DNA of 63,924 bases, filler included, from Circinaria calcarea (lineage: Eukaryota), in NCBI GenBank assembly GCA_051942165.1. It is 3 parts of 3 records of this genome, joined end to end, with 100 filler letters (N's around TTAATTAATTAA, not from the genome) between each part and the next. Parts side by side here need not be neighbours in the genome. Positions count along the whole stretch, not along the records: positions 46,562 to 63,924 come from JAVECS010000271.1; 2 more parts are not named here. One strand, given 5' to 3'. The notes under the pieces were generated by a model that made no database searches, was not told where the DNA came from, and saw nothing but the letters and a program-made list of their open reading frames with translations. Position 1 is the stretch's first letter. The number at the start of each line of letters is the position of its first letter. Made by a program: the position numbers and the translations under genes. Positions 51,550 through 62,534 of this stretch are shown piece by piece.

Positions 51550-53260
51550 AAAACCCCGCAAACCTCTTCCCATCCCGTCACCTTTTCGTGATCAGCACGT
51601 GTAATATAAAGCTTTGCCTTTCTCAACCGCATAATGAAATTGTAACGTTCCTTCGTCTACAAGGGGAGAGAGAGCGGGGAGTAGCCCGAAAATTCCCCCA
51701 TCCCCATCACCTGACACGAAACGAACCCCCGATACGTAGCGCCCTCCTTTTTTGAGTTTTGACGCAACCAAAAAGCCCCCCCCGGTAATCCCTTTTTCTT
51801 TTTCTTTGTCATTTATCTCCCGGAACTCCCAAAACGGAAAGGGGAAAAAAAAAACCTGCCAAAGCTTCAAATGGAAAAAGAAAAGAAACACATGGGATGT
51901 ATTTGGGATATGAGGGGTAGTGCGAAGGTGGATGAGAAAAGCGCCATTATCTTTTGCTGTGAATTTTTTTTTGGGGGTTTTCGTTACGAGGGAGAGGGAG
52001 AGGGAGGGGAAGGGGAAGGGGAAGTGAGATGGGGTAGTTTAAAAGAGGTGGCGGTTTGTCCTCCGGATTGCTACGCATATTCTTTGTTTTTCTTTTCTTG
52101 GGAAGTAGCAGGGTGGGGGTATTTTCCAAAAACACCGGTTTTATTATTGCCCATTTATTTTTCCTTCTACATGTAAGTTTTTTTCGAGTTAAAACCTACA
52201 TGGTACGTGTGTTAAATAGAGAGCCAAGCATACCGTATGCTATGCAGAAGTTCTGTACCATACTGCCCATATTAGCACTAGCGTGGGTTGTAGAGTTTTC
52301 CCCTTAGTCTCGCACTTTACGAACTATACAACTTACATAGATCTTGTATATACAGTAATATACGCATACCACTGCCACTATGCATTACTTAGGTCTCTCC
52401 CTACCATATATTCAATAATGTGCATTTTTAAAAAAAAAGAAAAAGAAAAAAGGGGGGGGGGGGGTGGTATAGTCAATCTGTAAGGATGGATCCTTTCCGA
52501 ATAGTATACTGATCTTACGAATAAGGGTCGGGTAAACTTGTGTGATAATGTTGCTCCAATGGGTTCGCATAGCAGTATGAATTATTGCTAACTGAGGCCC
52601 GTAGAGTTACTTTTACTTGGAAAAGTATCCCCGAGGCTAAGTAAGGCATTATGGTAGTTAGGGTACGTGGGTCACGTGAAGAGGGGCACGAGCAAAATTA
52701 CGAATGGCTAATATGTGGGGTGTTAATTCTTACAGGGAAAAAAAAGAAGAAAAAGAAGAAGAAAAAAAGGTGTAGCGTGGAAAAAGACGCCCCAGTTACC
52801 ATAAGCGGAGAGTATCGCCCCACGAACCCTACGGGTGAATTATATACCGAGGTCACGAGGTATTGGCTTAGCGAGGAAGGTTTTCTCGCGAAGTGTTATA
52901 CCAGCTCCCGGGACAAATTACTATGTAAAATGGGGCATTTTCTTCTCCGCTGATTGGTTCAGAAATAAGAATTCTTTGTTACCGTGCACGGTTCTGTTCC
53001 GTATGAGCAACGGTTTAAGGGATACTTTTGTCCTCTACTCTAATCTGGGAGAACTGGGTTGGAACTTTTTTTTTTTTTTTTTGGGAATTGGACCATGGAA
53101 GACAATGTGGTAGTTGGGTAATTTTCAAGAGCTTATTGAATTACTGTTAAAATGGGTTAAATGTTCGAGGACCCCCCCCCCTCCACAATGCCTGAAATTC
53201 CCGAAAACCCTCCGCTCCGTGGCATGCTGTGGATTAAAATTCCCCCCTTTTTTGTTTCAG
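51550..53260. repeat. Homopolymer-rich low-complexity intergenic tract
   Basis: Dense A, T, G and C runs, e.g. G13 near 52452, T17 near 53066, C11 near 53171, and (AAG/A)n at 52738-52768. Confidence 0.8.
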
Positions 53261-53392
53261 TCCACGAATGTTTACCAACAGACTCTTTCTCTCCAGGGTA
53301 TAATGGTGTAGCAATGTTCTTCCCGCTTCATATAAGCACTAGATGTAAAAACGCCGGAAGCGCCATGCTGAAAGAATTCATGCCGGTAATCA

Positions 53393-54496
53393 TCATATCA
53401 TGTAGCGCGGACTCCTTTCCGGCACATTATCTTCCGAATCCACGGCCGACACAAACGATAGCTCGTCCAGATCCCGGGTCCTCCGCCCTTGCGACCCCTG
53501 ATCAAAAGACAGCTCTGAGACGGTATCGCTCGCTCGGTTCGCAAAGGGGTTCTGAGGCGTCCCTCTGTCTCTCTCCGTGCCAGTACCTGCATAGCTCGAG
53601 GACCGGGATACGCTGGAGACTCGTGAGTGGGTCGAGGATGGGGGCCTCAAGTTGGAGGAGTGCGGATTGTAGGCCAGTGGCGGGTCCGGCAGGGCCTTGC
53701 TGGAAGACAGCGGCCACGACTCGCGCACGTGGAAGGTGGGGATTGAAGGGGAAGGGAGGATAGGCGAGGGAGCACGAGAAGTTTCGCTGCTGGGCCGGTC
53801 AGACAGGCCGAGGGAGTTGCTTCTGATTCGCTCGGTGTCACTGAAGGGCGAGGTCAGGGAGATGGAATTGTGCCGGGACTCGAGGAGTTGAGTTTCTGGC
53901 GGGAGGTGGAGTTCAGGCAGGGCGCGGAGGTCGCGCTTGCTGCGCCGGCGGAGATAGCAAATGTAGAGGATTGGAATGATGGCTAATAGAACGAGAACTG
54001 GGACGAGGATGGCTGCGATTTTGCGGCCGTTGAGACCATGGTTCACTACTGCGGAGGATTGAGATGTTGAAGCGGCCGTGGTAGTTACAGTCACAGCTGT
54101 TGTCGAAGTAGTAAACACACCGCTAGGAACTGGAGACGGTCCCGTGGCAGTTGCGATGAAGGTCCCAGTTGGTTGGCTCGGAGAGCTCGGCGCAGAAATA
54201 CCTGATAGAGTCGAGAGAACTGAAGCTGCTGGTTCATGTGACGATTTGGAAGTAGCTGGTTCCCGCGTTTGATAAGGTAGATGGGAAGTGCTCGGGGAAG
54301 TCAAAGAAGAATAATCTTGGCTCGAGTGACGAGGTGAAACCCGTTCGCCATTTTGGGATGATTGGTAATGCTCTCCATCGTCCTGGATAGGCTGTTAGCT
54401 GCAACGAGATACCAACATTATTGATATTCTAGACTATCTTATTCTAACCTCATTGCCAGTATATTGTCTGATATATAAATCATCTGAAGACATCAT
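53393..54496 (-). CDS. Single-pass membrane protein with a Ser/Thr-rich ectodomain (2 exons inferred)
   Basis: S/T-rich region, TM IAAILVPVLVLLAIIPILYICYL, then RRRSKR. The upstream exon MMSSDDLYIRQYTGNE splices in frame through a GT..CTAAC..CAG intron. Confidence 0.7.
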
Positions 54497-56253
54497 TTCG
54501 CAGGCGGGTCACTGACATTTGCATCACAAAGCTGTAATTGAAAAGAAAGGAGAATGTCAGCGACAGATAAAAGAGACCATCACCTACTGTTACGAGTCAG
54601 TCCCCCCGTCGTAGTAGCGCTGTGGACTTTCCAATGGCGCGCAGGGCGAAGCACAAAGTGACGGTCTGAGCCTCTCTGCAGTCGGCTACTCAGGCACTAA
54701 GGGGATCCCGACCCCCCTGCTGCAGATCCATCTATGTCGCACAAAGCCGACCAACGGAGCCAATCAGCATCCGGCGGGGGACCTGTGAACCAACATCAAA
54801 CAATTGCTGCTTTGCTGTACCGTACGGTCGCATGCATGGCGGAAATACGGGCTGCAGGCTGCGGGCTACGAGACCTTTTCTATCATCATGCAGCTTCAGC
54901 CGAGTGGAATTGATTTGATCAGCTGTCTGTAGAGCGCCAATTTATCGAGACACGACATACATGAAATCTGTTTCAGAATCTGCGGCAGCTTGGATCCAGA
55001 ATACAGAAAGTCCAGTTGCCGCGAAACATGCCCTCTACACGAGAAGCATGCGAATGGCCCGCGGCATAAAGGATTCTTGCCCCGCCAAGCCTCAATCGAT
55101 GTCGCCAGCCCCCAACCTCACCGGGCAAAAGGATGCTTACTCCGTACGGGGAACGCATCTCCCAGCCACTCGGGACTGGACTCCTTAGGCCACTACTCCC
55201 GGCGCTGGTGGTCCACTTGGATGTCCTTGATGCTTCGCGGGCAACAGACAACCACCTGTATCACGTCTGCAAGCGTAGGGCAAGTTGAGCCTACCTCTAG
55301 TCGCCAACGAGGCTGCGAGAACGATGCTTAATTTTAGAATCAGCGTCAGCAGTGTCAATCTTCGCGTAAGCGTAAAGTAATATGGTGATTATCCTCGAGC
55401 CATTGCTTATGCTATACTGCTCGAGACTGATACGGACTTGAAGCGTTCAGAGGTGATTTATCCTTGTTGCAAAGGAAATCCACATCCTTCTAACGGCGCG
55501 GAGTGGAACATGTTCCTCAAGTGCATGTCATACAGCCACGGAAGGTCGCCTCGGTGCATCATCTCGTTTGTTTATATCAAAAGTTTCCAGAAAAATCTCA
55601 GTGGGCTATACGTGCCAGAAAACAACTCAGGACGTTCACAGTCTCTATCGAATGTTATGAGTTCATACAATGCACTATCCCCTAAATATTACCGTCGACG
55701 AAACTGCTGTAGCCTCCTCGCTTCGACTACTTGTCGTAATCCCAAGGCTGCATCATCATCTACCCACCGTGCCACCTTTATTCCCAGGCGCTGACTTTGA
55801 GGGTACCCTACTTTAATCGATGACGCTCAGCGCATTGAAGGATTAAGGATTCCAACCTACCATTGGTCGTAGATCGATGTTGTTGGATGACGCCGGCTGA
55901 CAGGGGAAAGGCGGTTACGCTGAGGGTACAGAATATTAGCCTGGGGTAGAATCCCCACAAGATGATAGGATTGTCCACCATCATCAGCAGTGCCGGAAAG
56001 AAGTATTAGACGTCGTACAGAGTAGAAAAGAGGGAGCTGAAAGTCAGGAATTGGATTATTTGGCTGACATGGCGAGGGCGTGGAACGCCTTTTGGAGCCG
56101 CAAGTAATCTAAACGTGTGTAAGCGCGTCAGCAAGGAGAGTAGAAGTCGCATCAACAATGAAAGAATCTCGCATAGTCAACGTTCATGTTGACATTGAGG
56201 ACATTGGATTTTTATTATAAGTGGACCAAAGGGGATTGGAGGTGAGGCTTCTG

Positions 56254-56263
56254 CCGATAACGG
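56254..56263. promoter_or_regulatory. Leu3/LeuB-type binding site CCG-N4-CGG
   Basis: CCGATAACGG lies about 120 nt upstream of the LEU2 ATG and matches the established Leu3 consensus. Confidence 0.7.
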
Positions 56264-56380
56264 AGCTTGGGGCCCTTCGAAATCCCACCTCGGGGTACTT
56301 CCCCCCCCACAACAATGAGAAAAAGCATACTCTTGGCTGATTGATTATTCAATGTTTATCAAAAGACACATGGCTTGAGG

Positions 56381-57747
56381 ATGCCTACTTATAAGATTGT
56401 CGTCTTTGCAGGTGATCACTGCGGCCCTGAAGTGAGTGGTCACTCGTCGAGCCACCAACATCATCTACTAACACTTTTGATAGGTTACAGCAGAAGCCCT
56501 TAAAGTCAGACGAACCGCCATGGGAACACTCGATATGCTGGACTAACATCTTGACTCAAGGTCTTACGGGTGATTCAAAAGGAGAGGCCCGACGTTGACT
56601 TTGATTTCCAAGAACACCTGTTGGGCGGAGTGAGTATGCAGTCGGCCGTCCCGATGTCTAGTTTAGTAGCTAATATTTCTAGGCCTCAATTGATGCAACG
56701 GGCTCGCCATTGACAGACGAGGCACTCGAAGCAGCAAAGGCAGCTGATGCAGTCATCTTAGGTGCCATTGGCGGACCGGTATCAGACCTGCCCCCACCCT
56801 CGCCTTTAATCACTGACAAAGGCTGCAACAGAAATGGGGAACAGGCAAAGTCCGACCTGAGCAGGGCCTGCTGAAGCTCCGAAAGGAGATGGGCACCTTC
56901 GGAAATCTTCGACCTTGCAATTTCGCCTCCGACTCGCTTGTTGATATTTCCCCTCTGAAAGCCGAAGTTTGTCGTGGTGTTGACTTTAACATTATCCGCG
57001 AGTTGACGGGTGGCATATACTTTGGTGAACGGAAGGAAGACGACGGAGATGGATACGCTTGGGATACGGAACCATACTCGCGTCCGGAGATTGAGCGGAT
57101 AACGAGATTGGCCGCACATCTTGCTTTACAGGCAGATCCCCCTCTGCCGGTATGGAGCCTGGACAAGGCCAATGTGCTTGCGACTAGCCGACTGTGGAGG
57201 AAGGTTGTGACCGAGGTCATGGCAAACGAGTTCCCACAATTAAAAATTGGACATCATCTTATCGACTCGGCAGCGATGTTGATGGTCAAAAACCCAAGAG
57301 CGCTGAATGGTGTCGTCGTGACTAGTAATCTGTTCGGAGATATTATCAGTGATGAGGCGAGTGTAATACCGGGGAGCTTAGGGCTGTTGCCAAGCGCAAG
57401 CTTGAGCGGAATCCCTGATGGGAAGAATAAGGTGAATGGCATATATGAGCCAATCCACGGTAAGCTCCAAACCCTTGGCATCTTGGGCAGTGTTGATAAC
57501 TTCTACAGGATCGGCACCCGATATATCTGGAAAAGGCATTGTGAATCCAGTTGCGGCAATCCTCTCTATCGCTATGCTTCTTCAGTATTCATTGAATCTT
57601 CCAGTTGAAGCGAAGGCCGTAGAAGAGGCGGTTAGAAAAACAATTGATAACGGCATACGAACAGGAGACATCGGTGGCAAGGCTACAACTAGCCAAGTGG
57701 GAGATGCCGTAGCTGGCGAGCTTTTAAAAGTGCTTTCGGGGAGATGA
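56381..57747 (+). CDS. LEU2: 3-isopropylmalate dehydrogenase (6 exons)
   Basis: [27 protein letters not shown]...[46 protein letters not shown] and YEPIHG|SAPDI. Confidence 0.97.
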
Positions 57748-57972
57748 TAGACGTTGAATGTCAATAAGCCATGCATTTTGAGCTTGGTGATTCTGGCCCT
57801 TCCTTCGTCGACATCACCTGTTTAAGACCCATTAGTGCAGTAGTGTGAGGATCCAGTAAAAAGAGCTTACGAACAATCAACCGCTCTGGACTCCAAACGA
57901 CCACCCACCATACTTGGACTGTATGGTGAACCTTCTTAGAACCATACCAACCGGCGCCAGCAAGATCTTCCA

Positions 57973-58786
57973 TCATCTCAACTCCGGTTCCACCATCCAC
58001 TCTGGCTCTTTTGACCCCATAATTGGTTCCATCTCCCGCTCATCACTGGGGCCTCCTCCTTCCTCTTCAATCCCCTCAATTGTCCTCCTCTCTCCCCTGC
58101 CCCTGTCATCCCTTGCAAAAATCTGCACTCCCCTGACATGCGTATCCTTGCCATTTTGATGGTTCTCCAGTACCTGAATTTGTAAACACATACACCTCAA
58201 CACACCTCCTTCTCCCTCCTCATCTTCCCTTCCGACCCCGCCACCGCACCCCTCTAGCCCTATTTCCACCCATCCCCTCGGGCCTTCCCCCTTCCACTCG
58301 CCAAATTCCACGAGTCCGTATTCGCCCATCCCCGCCGCAAACACCATCCGCGTTGGGGTATAACTTTCATCCAGCTCAAAGTCCAGATACACGCGCAATC
58401 TCACAATGGAGACGAGTTTGAAGAAATGGATGTTGAGCAGGTGGGGCTGCGGGCCGTCGGATTGCCAGAAGGAGGTGGTGGAAGGGGAGAGGAGAGCAGC
58501 GACACCGCAGCCGGGTTTGTGCGTGCTGACGGTCCAGGAGGCGAGAGATGAGATTTCGCGGAGGTGAGAGGGGAAAGGCGGGCAGGAGGTGGCTGTATGC
58601 GGTGTATTAGAATGATTTTATAGGTTGGGGGGATGGAAGGGGAGAAGGACTATCTGATGGATGTAGGGGGTCCTCTTCTGACGCTTCAGAGGAACCCTGG
58701 CCGCCCTCCTCAGAGTCCTCTTCATCGTTGTTGACCATCTCTCCCATGACAAGGGGGGGGTTGGTGGGTGGGTTATTCCGAGGCAT
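57973..58786 (-). CDS. APC10: Anaphase-promoting complex subunit Apc10/Doc1 (2 exons inferred)
   Basis: LREISSLASWTVSTHKPGCGV, FWQSDGPQPH, DESYTP, ENHQNGKDTHVRG and a C-terminal LR tail. The donor site is weak (GTCCTT), so exon 1 is less certain. Confidence 0.9.
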
Positions 58787-59143
58787 TGTTCGGGCTATTG
58801 AATTGGAATTGATTAAGGATAAGTGAGAAACAACCTTTCCGGTCCAGATTCAGAGTAGATACTGTTAAGTTCCATCATGTAGATGTTGAACTATCCTCGT
58901 AGAGTAGCCAGTGGCTCTCGTCGAACAATTGACGAAAGAGCGCATTGTTTAAGGGTTTGGCGTGCTTGTGCCCTGCACATGATGGCCAAAGCTCAGCCTT
59001 AGGCAGGGGCCTTTTTAGGTTAGCTCTGGACATTCAATACCATTCATGTACAGCGACTACTACACATGTGAAATAACAATATTTTCGTAGGCGGTCTTCT
59101 GATTCTGTAGCTCTTCCTCATCAATAGTCATATTCCAGATATT

Positions 59144-60229
59144 ATGGCCTCCAGCTCCTCCTCAAACCCAGATCCCATTCCGCCTAGTGACGACGCCTAT
59201 GTTTCCTCCGAGGATGAAGATTTTGACCCTACAACGGGCGATGTAAAAAAGAACGGAGAGGATTCAAGCGAATCGGAGGCTGATGAGGGTCGTTCTGGTT
59301 TTCAACTATCCAAAACTAAGGAAGCAAAGGGGAGGAGAAAGGATGGCGAAGCTGAGGACTTGGGGTTCGAGAACTCGGGGGATGAGGCTACAATCCAAAA
59401 AGGCAAGAAGAGGAAGAGGAAAGATGGAGCAAAGGCAGACGAAGAGAGTGGTGGGGAGGGTGGATTTGTGAAGACAAGAAGGATGAGGGCGGTGGAGTGA
59501 GTGAGTCCTTGTATTTTCATATGCGGTTACTAGCTCAAATACTATTATTCTACGGAAGTGAAGGCCTACTAATTTGAGTAATGTTTTAGAGAAAAGGAAA
59601 GGAAACCACTCACTAGTACTGATACCGCGACCATTGATGTTGATGCGCTATGGAAGAGCATGAATAGTAAGGAGGCGCCTTCGAGCAAGAAATCAACCTC
59701 CAACGTTGTGCCTGGAAACACATTTGTTCAAACCACAAAAGACTTGCCAACTAAGGAAGATGCCAGCTCAGACAATGCACCTATCCAGCCACCGACATCC
59801 ATACCTTCCGAAGACATGATCACTATTAAGCGTACTTATGTTTTCGCTGGCGAGACGATTACAGAAGAAAAGGTTGTGCCTAAGACGTCCGCCGAAGCAC
59901 ACCTTTATCTCCAGAACCAGCAAAATCTTTCATCTGGGCCTCCCACCCATCCACCTTTGCGACGGCCACTAAAACGAAAGTCAAGGTTCGAACCGAATCC
60001 AGAAGGAATAGTGAAAGGGCTACCAGCTAGTGCAAATAAAGGACCAAAATTAAACGTCGTCGAGAAGTCGAAGCTAGATTGGGCCGGTTATGTTGACAAG
60101 GAGGGTATGCAGGATGAGCTAAAGAATGCGGAGAAAGCGAAGGACGGATACCTTTCAAGGACAGACTTTCTGGGAAGAGTGGAAGCGAAACGGGAGGATG
60201 AGCTAAGAAATGCGAGATCGAAACAATGA
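59144..60229 (+). CDS. SWC5: SWR1 complex subunit Swc5 (BCNT domain; 2 exons)
   Basis: Acidic N-terminus YVSSEDEDFDP, GGEGGFVKTRRMR, ITIKRTYVFAGE and the BCNT signature VEKSKLDWAGYVDKEG...GYL...FL. Confidence 0.92.
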
Positions 60230-60854
60230 AGGAGAACTGATTTCACTACCGACCATCCTGTTTCAGTTGAGCATAATGACCGAGTTTTTGGGGCGTGTGA
60301 GGTCTTCGGGTCTACTACAAGCACTAGAAGCGATGGAGCTCTTTGCTCAGCTTATACAATCTTCGAAAACTGATACCTAATGAATAAGGTATTTTCTTCT
60401 CCTCCCTCTCCGAGTAATCGCCCAATCCTTCTATGACTTTAGAGCCCAATACAGACTTTGCTCAAGGTGCAACTCTCTGAAGAATACTGTGACAGGCTAT
60501 CCCAGTAAACTTTGCTGCGCTCTGATAACGCATAGTAGATCGACTCCCTCCGTTTGCACAAAGGTAGTTCTAGCGGTGAAGCACCCAATTGATTAAATAC
60601 CGCCATTGATCATACAAAGCTACAGGAACGCCATGTAAGGCGTCATTGTCCCTCTCTCGGATGCAGCGGCCCGGTGACTAGCGTAGACATTCAACGTCCT
60701 TTCCTCTTCAGTGTTGAAAGAAGTCACTCTTTTGGTAAACCCCGTCTGCCCTTGAAGCGCTCATGATCCCTCGGCCCGCCGCTAGGCGCCTACAACGCAA
60801 CTAGTAGAATAGAGAGCGCCAGGAAAATAATTGAGCGGGAGGCGGTAGAGTTGA

Positions 60855-61499
60855 TTGGAGAGTAAAGATCTAGGAGAGGGCATCCGTTTCTTCATGACGG
60901 TGACCTCGACAGTGAGGAAGAGCCTGAGACACCCATCTAAGAGAGATGTGGAGGAATTGGTCTTCCTCAAAAATAGCATGTTCAAGGACCTTTATCAACA
61001 ATTTAAACGCCTTACACTTCATGATTATGCCTCCGTTGCCGAATACACTGCTGCTTTCAGAAAGAACACGACGCAACTGCGAACCTTGCACCAGAATGCG
61101 GTCCTACCAGAGGCCATTCAGATCATTCAGTATCTAGAAGGACTGGGTGCTGCTTACGAGATATGGGAGACCATCTACACGCAGACCCATGACCTCGTGG
61201 GCGACAACGCCGTCAAATTCGAAGTCGTGATCCAGGCCGTAATGAATGAGGAAATCAACCAACGGACCCGGAACGGCGAATCGTCGGTGGCACTGGTAGC
61301 TGCTGGTAAGAATCGAAGAACCACCACTGAAGGCGAAGATGTGCCTCGTAGTGACAGGCTCTGCACCTTCCCCAAATGTCGGAAGAAGGGGCACTGGGAA
61401 CGGGACTGCTTTATGAAGCATCCGCACCTAAAAGCTTCATACGAACAGGGAAAGGGGAGCCGAAAACGCAAATGGGACGAACGAAACAGCGGCAGATGA
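60855..61499 (+). mobile_element. Solitary Ty1/copia-like gag ORF with a CCHC zinc knuckle; no pol or LTR seen
   Basis: SVAEYTAAFR...LPEAIQIIQYLEGLGAAYE capsid-like helices and CTFPKCRKKGHWERDCFMKHP. First ATG at 60894. Confidence 0.7.
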
Positions 61500-62534
61500 A
61501 GCTGTTCTGCTTTCATTGTCGTTATGGCCACCAATGGATGCCCTCATGGAACACACTATGGCCTTTTTTTCTTCTCTTCCCAATTATGCTTGCTAGCCAA
61601 CAATGCGTTACTCCTTCTGCCGAGTATGCTCTGCATTCATGTCGACACCTCATGAAATAAACAGTCGCATCTCCACTAGTTGCTGTGGGTCGTCCCACGT
61701 GTAATTGTATGCTTTGAACGCTTGAGCATGGAAAGTGTCAACCCTAATTGTTCTTCTCAACGATTTCTCAGCATATTTCTTTGGTCGTATGCTCAGGATT
61801 TCGAGAGAGGAAGGAGGTTCACTCAGACAAGTTCTTCTTGCCCAGGTTCCCTCCTGCTGTATGGGTGTCGCGGTTGAACTCTATCGGTTGCTATGGCTCA
61901 AGCATGTCCCAGTCTCCAACTTTCTGTCTAGCGATCTAGTCTTGCATAGCTACAACTCTGCCTCTGGTGGTTGTCGACTCGGTTTAACTTCAGTCACCCT
62001 CCACTTCGTTTTCTGCAGACGACTTTGACCAGTCTTCGTTGAAGACCTTGTGCTCGAGGACCGTCGGCAATGCCAAAGCCACTATCGAGGCCCCAATACT
62101 TTCTTACCCGCTTGAAGCAACACTATACCTTAATCCACGACGCTGCTTGGAACGGGCTCTTGAGTCCTATTAATCAAGCGCGTCCTCTTTTCTGTCCTGA
62201 GAGTCCTTCTGTCAAATTGTTCCGCCCGAGGATCTTGGAATACTCTGTTGGACTCATCAGTCACCTATACATAGCAGGAGTTATCTTGGTACTTCACTAT
62301 ATAAATGAGCATTGGGCCTGTCGGCACATTATCACTCGAAAGTCCAAAGGTATAATCAAATCCTTGTGCACTCGGATTCTATATTACACGGCTTTCCGCA
62401 TATCAACAAGTCTCTAAGGAGGCCGAGAACCTCAAGCAGTAGAGGCCTTGAAGATCTGGACTGTTTTCAACATTCGGGGTGCAAAGCAGCATTGCTGGTG
62501 TCGCCGAGGAATTTAGGGCTGACGACTAAGTAAG

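Noticed and set aside
54500..56250. Short ORFs between the membrane protein gene and LEU2
   Set aside because: No motifs or coherent exon structure; treated as promoter DNA.
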